Source: Hyaloraphidium curvatum SAG 235-1 (lineage: Eukaryota; Fungi; Monoblepharomycota). Taken from it: a DNA stretch of 64,000 nucleotides. A model generated the notes under the pieces. That model was not told where the DNA came from and did no database searches. It saw only the letters and a program-made list of their open reading frames with translations. The stretch lies in contig JAIVFI010000008.1 of NCBI GenBank assembly GCA_025558095.1, positions 558,001-622,000 on the forward strand. Reading direction: 5' to 3'. Shown here piece after piece: positions 42,451 to 54,003 of this stretch. Position 1 is the first letter of the stretch; each line of letters begins with the position of its first letter. The translations under genes and the position numbers were made by a program.

Positions 42451-44036
42451 ATGACCGCTTCGAGCGATTCCGACGACTTTTTCGACCAGTCGAAGCGGAA
42501 GCGCCCGCCTGCCGCGTCGGCGCGGTCCCGTGGGAGTCGAGCCGTGCAACCCGCGCCCAACGTCCCGCCAACGGACTTGCCTCCCAGAACCCGTGGTGTC
42601 ACCTCCAGCGCCCGTTGCCTTGTCCGACAGCGATGGTTCGGATGGAGAGAGTGGCTCGGCGCCCCCTGCGAAGGGGCGTCGTCGCGGGAAGCCGAAAAGC
42701 GGGAAGCGGTCTTCTCCCTCGGCCGACCACCTGGCATTCTCGGCCAAGAACCAAACTTCTGTTGCGGTATTGCTGTCCTCCGACGACGACGATGAGTGCG
42801 TGCCTGCGGAATTGCATTCTAGTGGGGAAGCTCACGGTTGACATTCCGGACAGGAGCGAGACGGAGTCACCGCGGAAGAAGGCCAAGACTTCGCGGACGG
42901 CAAAACCTACGGTGGTGGAGGACGACGAGGACGACTTTGACGCTCTGTTTCCAAAGCCCAATCTCGAACGTCTCGTCGCTGAGGAGCTCCCCGCGCCGTC
43001 ACCGTGGGTAGCGCGCAGAAAGCCAGGCAGTCGCCTCATCCTCGACTTTTCCCTGTCCTCCCCCCCCCCCCCCCCAGGGTGAACGCCAAGGGGTCTTCGA
43101 CGGCGACCGTCATTGACGTTGGCGACAACAGTTCTGTCGAGGACGTGGACCTGGTTGAGGTCGACCGGGACGTCATCACGTCCGCGCGCAATCGTTCCGC
43201 GAGGCCGCCGGACGAACCGAGCAGGCCGATAGAGCTCAAAGTGTTCTACACCGTTTGGGACTCTGACCTTCCGCCAAGAGCTCTTGTGTTCCAGGTCGAG
43301 TCGGTGAGGACCACTCACGCGCTCAGTGTTTGCCGTGCTGAATCGCAGTCGCAGCGGAAAACCCTGGCCGACTACAGCGAGGACATTGTGGCGGCTTTCC
43401 AGCTGCCCGACCGGTCCCAAGTGCGGTTCCTACACAGCCGAATACGGGTGTTCGAGTCGACCAAGCTGGACGCGATTGCGGATCTGGCGCGGAAGAAGCG
43501 CAGCGCCGGCGAGCTGCCGGCCTCTTCGTTGCTGGACGACGCGAAGCCTAGCTCGATCAAGCTGGAGATGATGACGGTCGGGGACTACGAGAAGCTGCTT
43601 CATTACCAGAAGTCGCAGCAGGAGAAGGTCTTGGCCCCGCAGACCGTGGAGATCTCGGAAGATGAGGTCGAGGAGGAGGAGGAACCGGAGCAGCAGGAGA
43701 GAGACGTGAAGCTGGTCGTGCGGTTCCAGGAGGCTGATGGGCGGGGCTTCGAGTTCAAGATGAAGGTCTCGGAGGTGGGCTACGGCTGCCTTTGTCCGTC
43801 GACGAGGGATTAACGAGCCACCGCAGCACAAGACCGTTGGCGAGCTTATCTCGATCGTTACGGCACACAAGGAGCTTTCGGGACACTTTGGACTGCGCAC
43901 GGACGACGGGGAGACTCACGACAAGGACAGGACTGCGGGTGACCTGCTGGATCACGTGTTCGAGGAGCTGGACGAGGAGGAGCAGCGCATGGTGGTGCGA
44001 GATGGCTTGGTCGTGGATTTGTATAGGCGCAAATGA
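42451..44036 (+). CDS. Rad60/Esc2/NIP45-like protein with tandem SUMO-like domains
   Basis: Disordered N-terminus with DDFF and SIM-like VIDV/VDLVEV; two ubiquitin-like blocks (..RIRVFESTKL..; VKLVVR..FEFKMK..TVGELI) separated by an acidic linker. Confidence 0.6.
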
Positions 44037-44049
44037 AGCCGGCTTCTTC

Positions 44050-45669
44050 TCATTGCTTCGAGGTCACGGCGTAGGCCACGTACACCGCGAAAAGGAGGGC
44101 CGCAGCGCCAAAGATCATGAGGAGGTTGTCCGGCTTGAGGAGCGAGTCCAGCACCGATGTGACCGCCGATTCCTGGCCGTCATCCTTCCGCCGCCTCCTG
44201 AGCCTGATCTCCTCGGGCTTGGCATCTGCAGCCTGCGGGCCGCCGCCAGCGTCCGCCGGTCGCCGCCTCTCTGATGCGTAGAACTCCTTGCAGAATTCGA
44301 GAAGCTGGGTCGAGTCTCCGCACGTGTAGAGGATCTTGTCCGTCTGCAGGTCCTCGATCGCAGCGCGGAAAAAGGCGCCGTTCATCTCCCGGTCCCCCTT
44401 CATCTTGCCCTTGCCCATCGCGTTGCGGTAGTCCAGCACGAGGCCCTCCCAGTCCAGGATCCTCATCTTTTTCCTATCCACGAGCGCGGTGTAGAGCTGC
44501 GACGCCTCCTCGCCGCCCTTTGGCGGGTTGAAGTTGAAGGAGATGACGACGTGCCAGTCGCCCTTGGGCTCGGCCTCCTTGAGCAGCGGGAGGAGGTACG
44601 TGGCCGCGACGAGCGGCTGTTCGAGGAGGGCATGGTGCAGGTACGAGGAAACGTCGTCCGGCGGGAAGGAAAAGTCGTTGGACGAAATGACGGCCGTCGG
44701 GCCGGCGGCCGGATCGCAGTCGGGCACGGCGGCCCGCAGGGCGGCCTCGACCGCGGCCTTGACCGGCTCGGTGCCCAGCTTCGGCACGTACAGGCTCTGC
44801 CACGAGCTCTTCGGGTCCACGAAATCGACCACGCTGGCGTAGCTCCGCCACCACTCGCGCACGTCGAACGAGTCGCGGGCCAGGTCCACCAGCATGCCCA
44901 TGAGCACCTTTTCGTAGCCGGCCTTCTCGGCGTGCGTCGCCGATTCGAGGTACTTGGACTTGAGCTCCTGGTCGTCGGGCGAGCGCTTGAGCCCGCTGTG
45001 GAACGCGGCCATGGCCTCGGGGTGCCGCTCGAGCTGCATGAGGGCCATGCCGAGCCGGTACCAGCCCTTGGCAAAGGAGGGCTTGAGGAGCGTGCACTGG
45101 CGGGCGGCGAGCTCGGCCCTGTCGGCCTTGCCGCTCTTCAGGTACGCGAAGGAGAGGTTGGAGAAGATGAGCTCGTTGGTCGGGTCCGCCTTGACCGCGG
45201 CCTCGTAGGCCGCGACGGCCTCGTCGGTTTTGCCCTTCTTCAGCAGGTCGTTGCCCTTTTCGCGGAGCTGCTGGGCCTGCTGGAGGAGGCCGGCGGCCTC
45301 CACCTGTTTGTCCCGCATCATGCGCAGGTTCATTTCGGCCAGGCCCTCGCGCCCGGCCTTTGCATGGAACTTGGAGAGCAAGCCCGCCGCAGCAGCGTGC
45401 GAGTAATCGACTCCCGCCACGATCCCGTCGGGGATCCGGACGTCCGGCACGGAAAGCACCTCCTCGCAGTCCCGGATCCCGTCCTCGATGTGCTCGTCGC
45501 CCATTTCGAGGAAACAGATGGCGCGCGACAGCAGCGGGAGAGAGACGTGGATCGAGCCGCCGAAATCGCGGCGGATCTGCGTAAAGAGCGCGACCGCCCG
45601 CGCATAGTCCCTGGCGCCGATTGCCATCTGCGCTTCGCGCAGGAGCGGCATTGGCGATTGGGAGGCCAT
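44050..45669 (-). CDS. Intronless TPR protein with C-terminal transmembrane anchor
   Basis: STI1-like TPRs (LREKGN, FSNLS, KGWYRLG); terminal LLMIFGAAALLFAVYVAYAVTSKQ*. Confidence 0.85.
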   Translation of the reverse strand: MASQSPMPLLREAQMAIGARDYARAVALFTQIRRDFGGSIHVSLPLLSRAICFLEMGDEHIEDGIRDCEEVLSVPDVRIPDGIVAGVDYSHAAAAGLLSKFHAKAGREGLAEMNLRMMRDKQVEAAGLLQQAQQLREKGNDLLKKGKTDEAVAAYEAAVKADPTNELIFSNLSFAYLKSGKADRAELAARQCTLLKPSFAKGWYRLGMALMQLERHPEAMAAFHSGLKRSPDDQELKSKYLESATHAEKAGYEKVLMGMLVDLARDSFDVREWWRSYASVVDFVDPKSSWQSLYVPKLGTEPVKAAVEAALRAAVPDCDPAAGPTAVISSNDFSFPPDDVSSYLHHALLEQPLVAATYLLPLLKEAEPKGDWHVVISFNFNPPKGGEEASQLYTALVDRKKMRILDWEGLVLDYRNAMGKGKMKGDREMNGAFFRAAIEDLQTDKILYTCGDSTQLLEFCKEFYASERRRPADAGGGPQAADAKPEEIRLRRRRKDDGQESAVTSVLDSLLKPDNLLMIFGAAALLFAVYVAYAVTSKQ

Positions 45670-45903
45670 GGCGAGAGCGTGGCGGTATGGCAACTCAGGT
45701 GTCCACCCGATTCAGATCCTCGCAAATCGCCCTATCCGATATGCTCCGGCTCGAAACGCTTCGAACCGCTGGTGCTAACGACGGACGCGTTGTTGCGGGA
45801 AAGGGGTTTGGCGCAAAGTAACATCGGCCCTCCCCAAGTCGCCGAATTCAGGACCCATAGCGTGCCAGCCGACCGAGCAGACTCGCGGACTTGCATCAGC
45901 GCC

Positions 45904-48104
45904 ATGTCCGCCGACGACGCCGCGCTGTTTGCGGCGGACGCGACGCCGCGCGCGGGCGGCGTGTTCGCGCGCGCCTTCGACGACTCGGACGACGTGCGTT
46001 GCCGCCGCCGTGTGCGCGCCCCGCTGACGCCCCCGCAGGACATCCTCAGCGGCGAGCAGCTGCCCGACTCGGAGATCGGCGACATCACCTTCTCCAACAT
46101 CAACCTGTCCGCGCTCGGCGTCGAGCTCGCCATCGACCGCCGCAAGTCGTCGGTGCTGCTCGCGCTGAGCGCGTCGGCCGCGAACGCGCTGCCGCCCGCG
46201 CTGCCGCACGAGCCGCCGAGGGAGGACGCGAAGCCGGGCCGCAGGCGCAAGACCTTCTTTGCGCCGAGCGAGGACATCGAGAACACGCCGTCGCCCAACC
46301 TGTCACCGGCCAGGGATGCGGCGCCCGCCCCCGCAATCACGCCGCGTCCGGCAAAGGACACTGCCTCGCGGCAAGCCACCGCGCTTTCGACCCCGGCCGC
46401 ACCCGAGGTGCCCGAGCTGGTGCTCACGACCCAGACGCCCCGCGCGGCGGCCGACGAGCCTGCGGCGGAGACCCCGCGCACTGCCCGCACGCGCTCGCGT
46501 TCGAAGTCGCTGTCGCGCCTGGCCACCGAGCCCGAGAATGCGGCCGTCGTCGGCGAGGCGGACGCCCCGGCAGAGCCCGCCGTCGCTTCCACGCCGCGCA
46601 CGCGGTCCCGGTCGCGTTCGACCGCCCGGGGGAGGTCAAAGTCGCCCCAGTCGCCGCAGACGCAGCTTCGGCGGAGCCCGCGCCACCAAAAGCCAAAGCC
46701 CGAAGAGATCGAGGCGGGGGAGAAGATCCTGGACGACGCGATGGACACCCTGAGCCCCGAGGACGCAGTTCCGCTCACGCCTACCGCAGCTGCGGCCCGG
46801 AGGAGCTCGCGCGAGCGCCGCCCTCCTGCCGGCCCTTTGGCGGACGACGTCTCTTCCCCTTTCCCCGCAACCGAGGCGGAATCCTTCTCTCTGCCCTCGA
46901 TACCGCAGCACGAACCGCGGCGGAGCTCGGTCGGCCTCGGCCTCCCCGCCGGTTCGCCGCTCGGCGGCCCGCTCTTCAAGACCTCGACCCCGCTGCGCCG
47001 CGCCACCGCACCCACGAGCTCGAAGCTCCTGGCCGAGTTCGATCCCCTGCTCCCGCACGACTTTCTGATCGCTTTCGAGAGCCCGGTTGGGGGATCGTCG
47101 TCGCAGCCCGCGCCGGCGACCAAGCCGCCCCCATCGGCGGCCTACTCCCTCCTCGACATGATCCCCAGCGACATCGGGACGCCGACGAGCGCGTTCAAGT
47201 ACTCGCAGCGGGACGTGGACGAAATGAAAGCGGCACTGGCTACTGCGGTGGGTGCCTGCATGGCGCTTGCAGGCCCATCCGAACTCATGCACTTTTCTCT
47301 GCAGCACTCCAAGGAGGTCTCGGAGCTGCAGGCTTTGCTCGACGAGGCCAAGGCCCAGCACCAGGAGGAGCTGGCTGCGCGGGATCGGGAACGGGAGGCG
47401 AAGCAGGCGCCGATCGCAGAGGAGCTGGACAAGATGCGCAAGCTGGTGGCGGACTACGAGCAGATCATGGAGAGCTACATCGGTGGGTTCCATCGTTCGC
47501 GCGTCGCCGGCGGAAGCCGACCTCGCGCACCCCGCAGTCGAGAAGCAGGCGAGCGTGGACGCCTTCGACAAGCGCATGTCCGCCGCCGAGGAGGATTTCC
47601 GGGAGCAGCTCCGGCAGGCCGAACAGGCGGCCAAGGAGGAGCGGATCAAGATGAAGGCCGAGTACCTCGCCCGGGAGGAGGACCTGCAAAAGTCGGAGGA
47701 CCAGCTGCGCAAGCAGGTGCAGGGGCTCGAGGCGTCCAACGCCGCGCTGCAGAACAAGTACGAGAGGCTCAAGAAGCATGCCGAGGACAAGCTCGACGGG
47801 TTAGCGCACCGCTGCAGCAGGATCCGTGCGGGTGCTGACGGTGTGCTCGCTGCGCTTTCCAGCGCCAACGTGGAGATTGCAAGGGTCAAGGCGGCCTACG
47901 AGAAGGAGCTCGTGGCCATGAAGGGCAAGCTGACCAAGACCGAAAGCCAGCTCAAGTCGACGCAGGCTTCGCTGGACCTCAAGGTACGCCCGCACATCAC
48001 GCACGGAGGCGAGCTGCTAATTCAACTCGCAACAGACAAAGGAGAACGAGGAGCTTTCCAAGATCTGCGACGACCTGGTTGCCCAGCTGGAACCGCAGAA
48101 CTGA
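45904..48104 (+). CDS. TACC-domain (transforming acidic coiled-coil) spindle protein
   Basis: C-terminus KYERLKKHAEDKLD.AN.EI...KTKENEELSKICDDLVAQL; long S/P/T-rich N-terminus. Confidence 0.82.
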
Positions 48105-48144
48105 GCCAATATCGTTGAACAGTAATGCGTTGTACAGAAGCACA

Positions 48145-50137
48145 TTATCCGGTGCCGGTCCCGCCGGTCTCCAAGAGAACGGCCTTGCCGCCCTCCATGC
48201 CTCCGAAACGACCCGGCCGCACCCGCGCCCGCCGCTTGTGCCCCTCGCAGAGCACCGCCCACTCCCAGTTGTTGTCCCGTGGCGGCGGAGCGGCAGGTTC
48301 CGGCGCCGCGCCTTCAGTCGCTTCGGAGCCCGAAGGTGCGGGCTCGGCCTTTGGCCTCTGCCCATTCCCGGGGCGCTGTTCGACCAAGTCCGCCGGCCAG
48401 TCCGAAAACGCCGCCGCGCACTTTGACGTGCAGCAGTTCTTGCACGCGGCCAGCGAGCACGTCGGAGACCGCACGTTGCTGCAGAAGGCACAGACCAGGT
48501 GTGCCTTCTTGGCTTTCTTTGCGGCCGGCTGCTTAGCCGACGGATCGGCGTCCGGTTTCGGCGCCTGCTCCCCTGCCGCTGCTACCGAGGCAGGTGCCCG
48601 GACCTCCGGCGCCGCCGGGATCGCCAGCTCTCCCTCGCTGTCCTCCCTGGAACGTTTGGCGGCCGCTGCGGCCTCCAAAGCCTTTGCATTGCCCGCCTTG
48701 TTCTTGCTCAGGACACCGTTGATCGCCGCAATGGTGTCCGGCCGCAGATACGGCTGCACGACCCATTTCGGCAGCAGCCGGTACCCGTCGCCGTCGAATT
48801 TGCGGTGGATCCCCGCGTCAAAGGGAAATGGAAAGTCCGGATCCACGGCAGCGACCTGCTTCAGCCGCTCCCGCATGAGATCGGCAAAACGGTAGTAGTC
48901 CTCGTCCGTCCGCGCCGTCGCGAGCATCTCCCGCATGTCGGGATGGTCGTTTAGGCTGCGAGCGAAGCCCGTCAGGCAAGACCGCAAAATCCCATTACTC
49001 GCCGAATAAACCCACCATGGTCGGAAGATCTTGAAAAGGTGCGCCTTGATGTAGGCCCCGTGGGTGCTGTTCGGCACCGTCCGGCAGATCTCCAGGTACT
49101 CGTCCGCCATCTCCCAGACCGGAGGGTACACCCCACGAAAGATCGCAGGGTTGTACAGGTTCGTTTCGGCGGCCATGACCCCGTCCACGCCGGTCTCTTC
49201 GAAGCAGCGCTGCACGTCCTCGGCGTAGAGGATGTTGCCGTTGGCCATGACGGGGATCGAAAGGGCCTCCTTCACCGCCTTGATCTTGGCCCAGTCGGCA
49301 AGGCCGGCATTGTGGCCCTTTTGCTCCCTCAAGCGGCCGTGGACGACGACCATCTGCGGTGACATGAGATCTCATTCGAGGGATCCGCAAGTCGAACCCA
49401 CCGAGGCGCCCGCAGCTTCGATCATCTTCGCGTAGGCCACCGTCTTCTCCACCGTTTCGAACACCCGGATCTTGCATGTGACCGGCACCCGCTCGAGGCC
49501 GCGGTCCAGCGTCTTGACCAGCGTCTCGACGAGCTTCCAGTCGTCCATGAGAAACGCCCCGTAGTGCCCCCGCTTTGCGATGCCCTGCGGGCAGCCCAGG
49601 TTCAGATCCACCGCCTCGCAAAAGGGCTCCACGATGCGGGCGGCCGCCAGCAGGTGCTCAGGATCGTTGGCGCAGAACTGAACAAAGAGCGGCTCGTCGT
49701 CCCCGCCGTCGCCGACCTGCCACATCTCCTCGCGGTAGCTGGAGTTGGACGGGTCCGAGAAGAGACGGGCGTGCCACATCGGCGTGTAGCAGAGCTGGGC
49801 GCCGTATCGCCGGCTCAAGACTCGCCAGGCCTGGCAACGAGTGCGGGGTTCAACGTCGTCTGCGTTTCCTCGCTTCAGGCCCCAAACCCACGTATTCCGA
49901 CTGGTCGACCATGGGCGCCGCGACATATTTCGGAGAACCAATGGCCCGGTAGAAGTCCCACGACTTGAGTTTGGGCCGGACCGGCCGCTCCTTCCCAAAG
50001 ACGAGGGGAACGGGGAGGCCATACCGACGGGTCTGGCCCTCGTTCAGAGCCACATTCCGCCGAGAATGAAGACCAGAATGCGATGCGGACGTCGGCGATG
50101 GAGCCGTAGGCGTGCCAACGGCGTCTCCGCCCTCCAT
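48145..50137 (-). CDS. DUS1: tRNA-dihydrouridine(16/17) synthase
   Basis: VAAPMVDQSE, QFCAND, DLNLGCPQGIAKRGHYG, VHGR, ANGNI; C-terminal Cys cluster. Confidence 0.93.
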
Positions 50138-50181
50138 CGCTTTTCTGTGGGCAAGTTTGGACGCGCACTCAGTCATCAACC

Positions 50182-51429
50182 TCATCCCGCTACATCACTG
50201 CTGGAGAGCCCTCGCACACAGTCAGCGACGATGATGGCCGCGATCTTGGCCGTCGACTCGCGCGCCACGTTCGCCACCCCCGCCGGAAACCACGGGGCTT
50301 TCCCGATCACCATGGCGTGTGTCCCCAGCGAGAATGGCATGGGAAGCGCAAGGTATAGCGAGACCCGGCGCCACGTGATGCTCTGCAGGTTCCGCAGCAT
50401 GGACGGCAAGTACTCGCACAGCGAGGCCGAGTCGAGCAGGTACGACTCTGGTGCGGGAGAGATCGGCTGGCTGTTTACGTCCGTGGGAGAGTCCGAACTA
50501 ATCGAAGGATCGAAACGGGCATCCGGTGACACCAGCGCCGGCGGATCGAGCTTCGCGGTCCAAGGGCCCACGCCAGCGGTACTTTCTCCAAAGAGCTCCA
50601 GGTCCACGTCGTCGTCGAATCCACAGCGATCCAAGACATGGAATCCGTAGGCTCCTTTGCTCGTCGGGAGCTTGTCTCCCAGCCCGTACGGATAAGTCCT
50701 TTGAATGAGCGCGGACGCGTAAGGTACGATGTCGGCAGCCGCCAGCCCGATCAACGTTCGGTGTCGGAACAACGAGAGAGTTGCCACAAAGTCAGATCGG
50801 GGATCAGACATTCTGGTGAGCAAGGAGTCTGCATCGACGAGGAACAGCTCCTGGCCACTCCGTTGGTAGACCGTGGTGGCGGCGAGCCGCAGGAAGCGCG
50901 CGTAGGCCGTCGATGCGTAGGTTTGCCCCTCGAACACACGGGAACCAAGGTGCGGCGTGCACACGGTCATGAAGGTCCACGGTTCGACAGAGATGGTCGG
51001 GAAAGGCGCCAACAGACTCGGCAACATTGGATTTTGCCCGGCTAGGAGCAGCGACACGGCATATCGCGCCACGAGGCCGCCCAAGCTGTGTCCAACGATG
51101 GCCAGCCGGAGTACGATTGGCCTCGATGAGGAGGAAGGGTTGTCCGGAGCGAATTCCGGCAGCACGGTCTTGGCGACATGATCTGTGATCTCCTCTGCCG
51201 CCACGGTCCCGAGCCTCTCAACCCCGGCGTAGGTTTTTCGTCCGGCATACTCCGCGAGCTTGTACGTGAAGAGACGCGTCGCAGATTGGGCTAGCTCGGC
51301 AGGGAGCCGCTGGACCGCGAGCTCGAACTGCTCGTTGACGCATCGTTCCATTTGCGCCCAGTCCGAAGCATACCCGTCGACGCCGTGGCAAAAGTACACG
51401 AGAAACACGTTCAAAGGCTTTTGGTCCAT
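50182..51429 (-). CDS. Putative serine esterase/lipase (DUF676, Rog1-like); upstream in-frame ATGs exist up to 51579
   Basis: FCHGVDG, IVGHSLGGLVARY, TPHLGS, LSLFRHRTL; intronless. Confidence 0.85.
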   Translation of the reverse strand: MDQKPLNVFLVYFCHGVDGYASDWAQMERCVNEQFELAVQRLPAELAQSATRLFTYKLAEYAGRKTYAGVERLGTVAAEEITDHVAKTVLPEFAPDNPSSSSRPIVLRLAIVGHSLGGLVARYAVSLLLAGQNPMLPSLLAPFPTISVEPWTFMTVCTPHLGSRVFEGQTYASTAYARFLRLAATTVYQRSGQELFLVDADSLLTRMSDPRSDFVATLSLFRHRTLIGLAAADIVPYASALIQRTYPYGLGDKLPTSKGAYGFHVLDRCGFDDDVDLELFGESTAGVGPWTAKLDPPALVSPDARFDPSISSDSPTDVNSQPISPAPESYLLDSASLCEYLPSMLRNLQSITWRRVSLYLALPMPFSLGTHAMVIGKAPWFPAGVANVARESTAKIAAIIVADCVRGLSSSDVAG

Positions 51430-51603
51430 CGATGTCCAGACTGGCGCTGCTTCATTCAGGCAGAATCTGGAGGACTCAACGCGTCGTGTTGTTGGTTCGG
51501 GACGTATGGTAAGTGAGGCGCCGTCCCGATCACTCATAAACGGCCCTGCGTGCCGAAAACGGGGACAGTCGATACGCATAGAATGACGGTAATCTGTCCC
51601 GAT

Positions 51604-52828
51604 TTACAGCTTGGTGCCCTCCGTCAGCTTCCACCGCGTCCCCTTCTCGTCGACCCTGGCGGCCTTCCCCTCCTTTTCCAGCTTGCCAAGGTGGAGCATG
51701 ACACCGGGGTAGGCAGCCTTCTGCAGGTGAGGCGGATAAGCCGCATCTGCAACCCAGAAGGTCAGTGCCGTCATATCGAGACCTCGCTGGACGCCTCACA
51801 GATGATCTTGATCATGTCTTCTACGACCCACGGCTCGTAGCTGTTGGACGCTGCCGACGGGTTGCCTTCCGCGTGTGTCTTGGACAGCACGTCCAAGATT
51901 TGGTCCTCGCGTTCCTGGGATCGCCACACTCTCAAGTCACCGATCCGGGGACGGCATGAGCGCAACCAACCTGCCGATGCTTGATGTACTCCTCCAGTTT
52001 TGCCTTGCCATTCTCCACGACCGGTCCGTGTCCAGGATAGATCCTTCCGACCTCCCGCTCCAGCAGCTTCTTCAGGCCGTCCACGTACTCCTTGAGGTCC
52101 TGGAACACCGTCGTTCCGTGGCCCAACACGCAGTCTCCGGCAAAGATGGCCTTCTCCTCCTCGAGATAAAAGGCAACGTGGTCGGGGCAGTGCCCCGGCG
52201 TGTGCAGCGCGACGATGGTCGCGCCGGGCACGGAAATCGTCTGCTTATCGGCGAGCGGCGTGTAGACGGGGTTGGGGGTGGGGTCGGTCTGGGGGTGGAT
52301 GAACTTGTGGAAACGCGGGGCAGGCTCGGTAAAGGAGAGGATCTGGTCAATGCCGCCGACGTGGTCTGCGACCGGAATGGAGCAGGTGAGCAAGGTCGAG
52401 CTAGTGCACTCCGAGGGGGGCCACGTCAACAAACCATGGTGGTAGTGGGTAATCAAGACTTCGGCAATCTTGCCGCCCGCCTTCTTGATGCTGTCCTTCA
52501 GCAGCTCCGTGAAACCGTCGATGCCCTCGCCAGTGTCAACCAGAGCGCGCTGGTCGCCGTCTCCCACGATGTAGCAGTTGGTCCCCTGGAGCTGGAACGT
52601 GCCCGGATTGAGTCCGAGCACGCGATGCACTAGCGGAGAAAGCTGCTGGTAGTCCGGAAGCAGCGGGAGTCCCGCGGGGAGGGTGACGTCGCCGTTGGGT
52701 CCCTTGACCACCACGGGTGCCGGGGCAGCCGGAGCTGCGGCGGAAGCCATCGCGCGCTGACAGAGCTGAGGTCTGAAGTGGCCGAAATGTCGAACAGTGT
52801 GCCGGACTCCAGCTGCCGCAACTTGCAT
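51604..52828 (-). CDS. LACTB2: Metallo-beta-lactamase LACTB2-like endoribonuclease
   Basis: LGLNPGTFQLQGTN, THYHHDHVGG, HTPGH, GDCVLG, IYPGHG; C-terminal winged-helix segment. Confidence 0.88.
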
Positions 52829-52909
52829 GCGCGAACTTCGGGTGATCGGCTCGTCTTCCCGCCGCGCCGAATGACGCGAGACGCGAGCACAAACATTCGA
52901 CGCAACAAC

Positions 52910-53981
52910 ATGGAAGACCAGCTCGTCGAGCTGTTCTCGTTCCTCCGCGACGGGCAGCTGGCCGTGCGACAGCTTGCAGTGCAGCACGTACTCTCTTTCA
53001 CTCGGGACGGGCCTTCCCTTGCCGTTTTCCGCAAGCATGCTCCGCGGGTTTCGGCGGATCTCGCTCGCCTCGTCGAGGACCACCCCACGGTGGCCAACGA
53101 TGCCATCAGCTGCCTGATCAATCTGAGCGCGGCGGATGTTGGGAGCGAACGCTGGGGATCGTTGGAGCTGGCACTGTACCTCGTCGACGTCATCCTCACT
53201 CCGAACGCCCTCTTGGCCGATCCGGCCGCGATGCTGCTCTCGAACCTGGCCAAGTCGCCGCTGCTGGCACGTCTTGTACCTAGGCTGGTCTCAGGCTCCT
53301 CGCCGAAGCTGGCCCAGCTCGTGGACACCTTTGTGAAGGGAGACGGGAAGAAATGGAACGAGCAGGCGAACTTCGACTTTCTTGCCTCGCTCTTTGCCGA
53401 GATCGCGGCATTGCCCGAGGGCAGGAAGTTCCTCGCGAACTATCCGGATCGGAAGAACCCGTTGGTCTGCAGCCTGGTCCCTTTCATCGGGCATCCCAGT
53501 CTAATTCGGAGGGGCGGGGCGATCGCGGCGGTCAAGTGGGCATATGGGCGAAATGGGCCGGACGAATCTCTGACCAGCTCTTTCGCTCTACAGAAACTGC
53601 GCTCTGGATGCCGCCAACCATGTGCCCATGTTGTCCGAGGACGAGTGGAACTCGCTCCCTGCGATCCTCCTTCCGCTGGCAGGGCCGGAGCAGCTTTCCG
53701 ACGAGGACAGCGACGGACTGCCCGACGAGCTGCAGCTCTTGGAGCTGACAAAGACGCGGGAGCCGGATCCAGCCCTGCGGCTCATGCTCGTCGAGACGCT
53801 CATTTGCCTGGCTACGACCAGGGAGGGCCGCGACATTATGCGGCGGCGGAAGGTTTATCCTATCATCCGCGAAGCACATCTTGTCGAGCCTGTGGAGGCC
53901 ATACAGGCGGAGATGGAGCGGCTCGTGGACGCGTTCATGCGGGAGGAAGGAGAAGTGGAAGGCGCTCCGCCAGCCTCATGA
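52910..53981 (+). CDS. HGH1: eEF2 chaperone Hgh1
   Basis: MEDQLVELFSFL, AMLLSNL, RRGGAIAAVKNC, ILLPLAGPE, LPDELQLL, REPDP. Confidence 0.92.
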
Positions 53982-54003
53982 GCAATAGACCAGCTACAGC
54001 TAT

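Noticed and set aside
43060-43075. C16 homopolymer
   Set aside because: Lies at an intron 3' end as a pyrimidine tract before CAG; not a frameshift or phase-variation site
44551-47838. 1095-aa ORF on the + strand
   Set aside because: Artefact: the first ~450 aa are the stop-free antisense shadow of the GC3-rich TPR gene; the rest is the TACC gene read through introns
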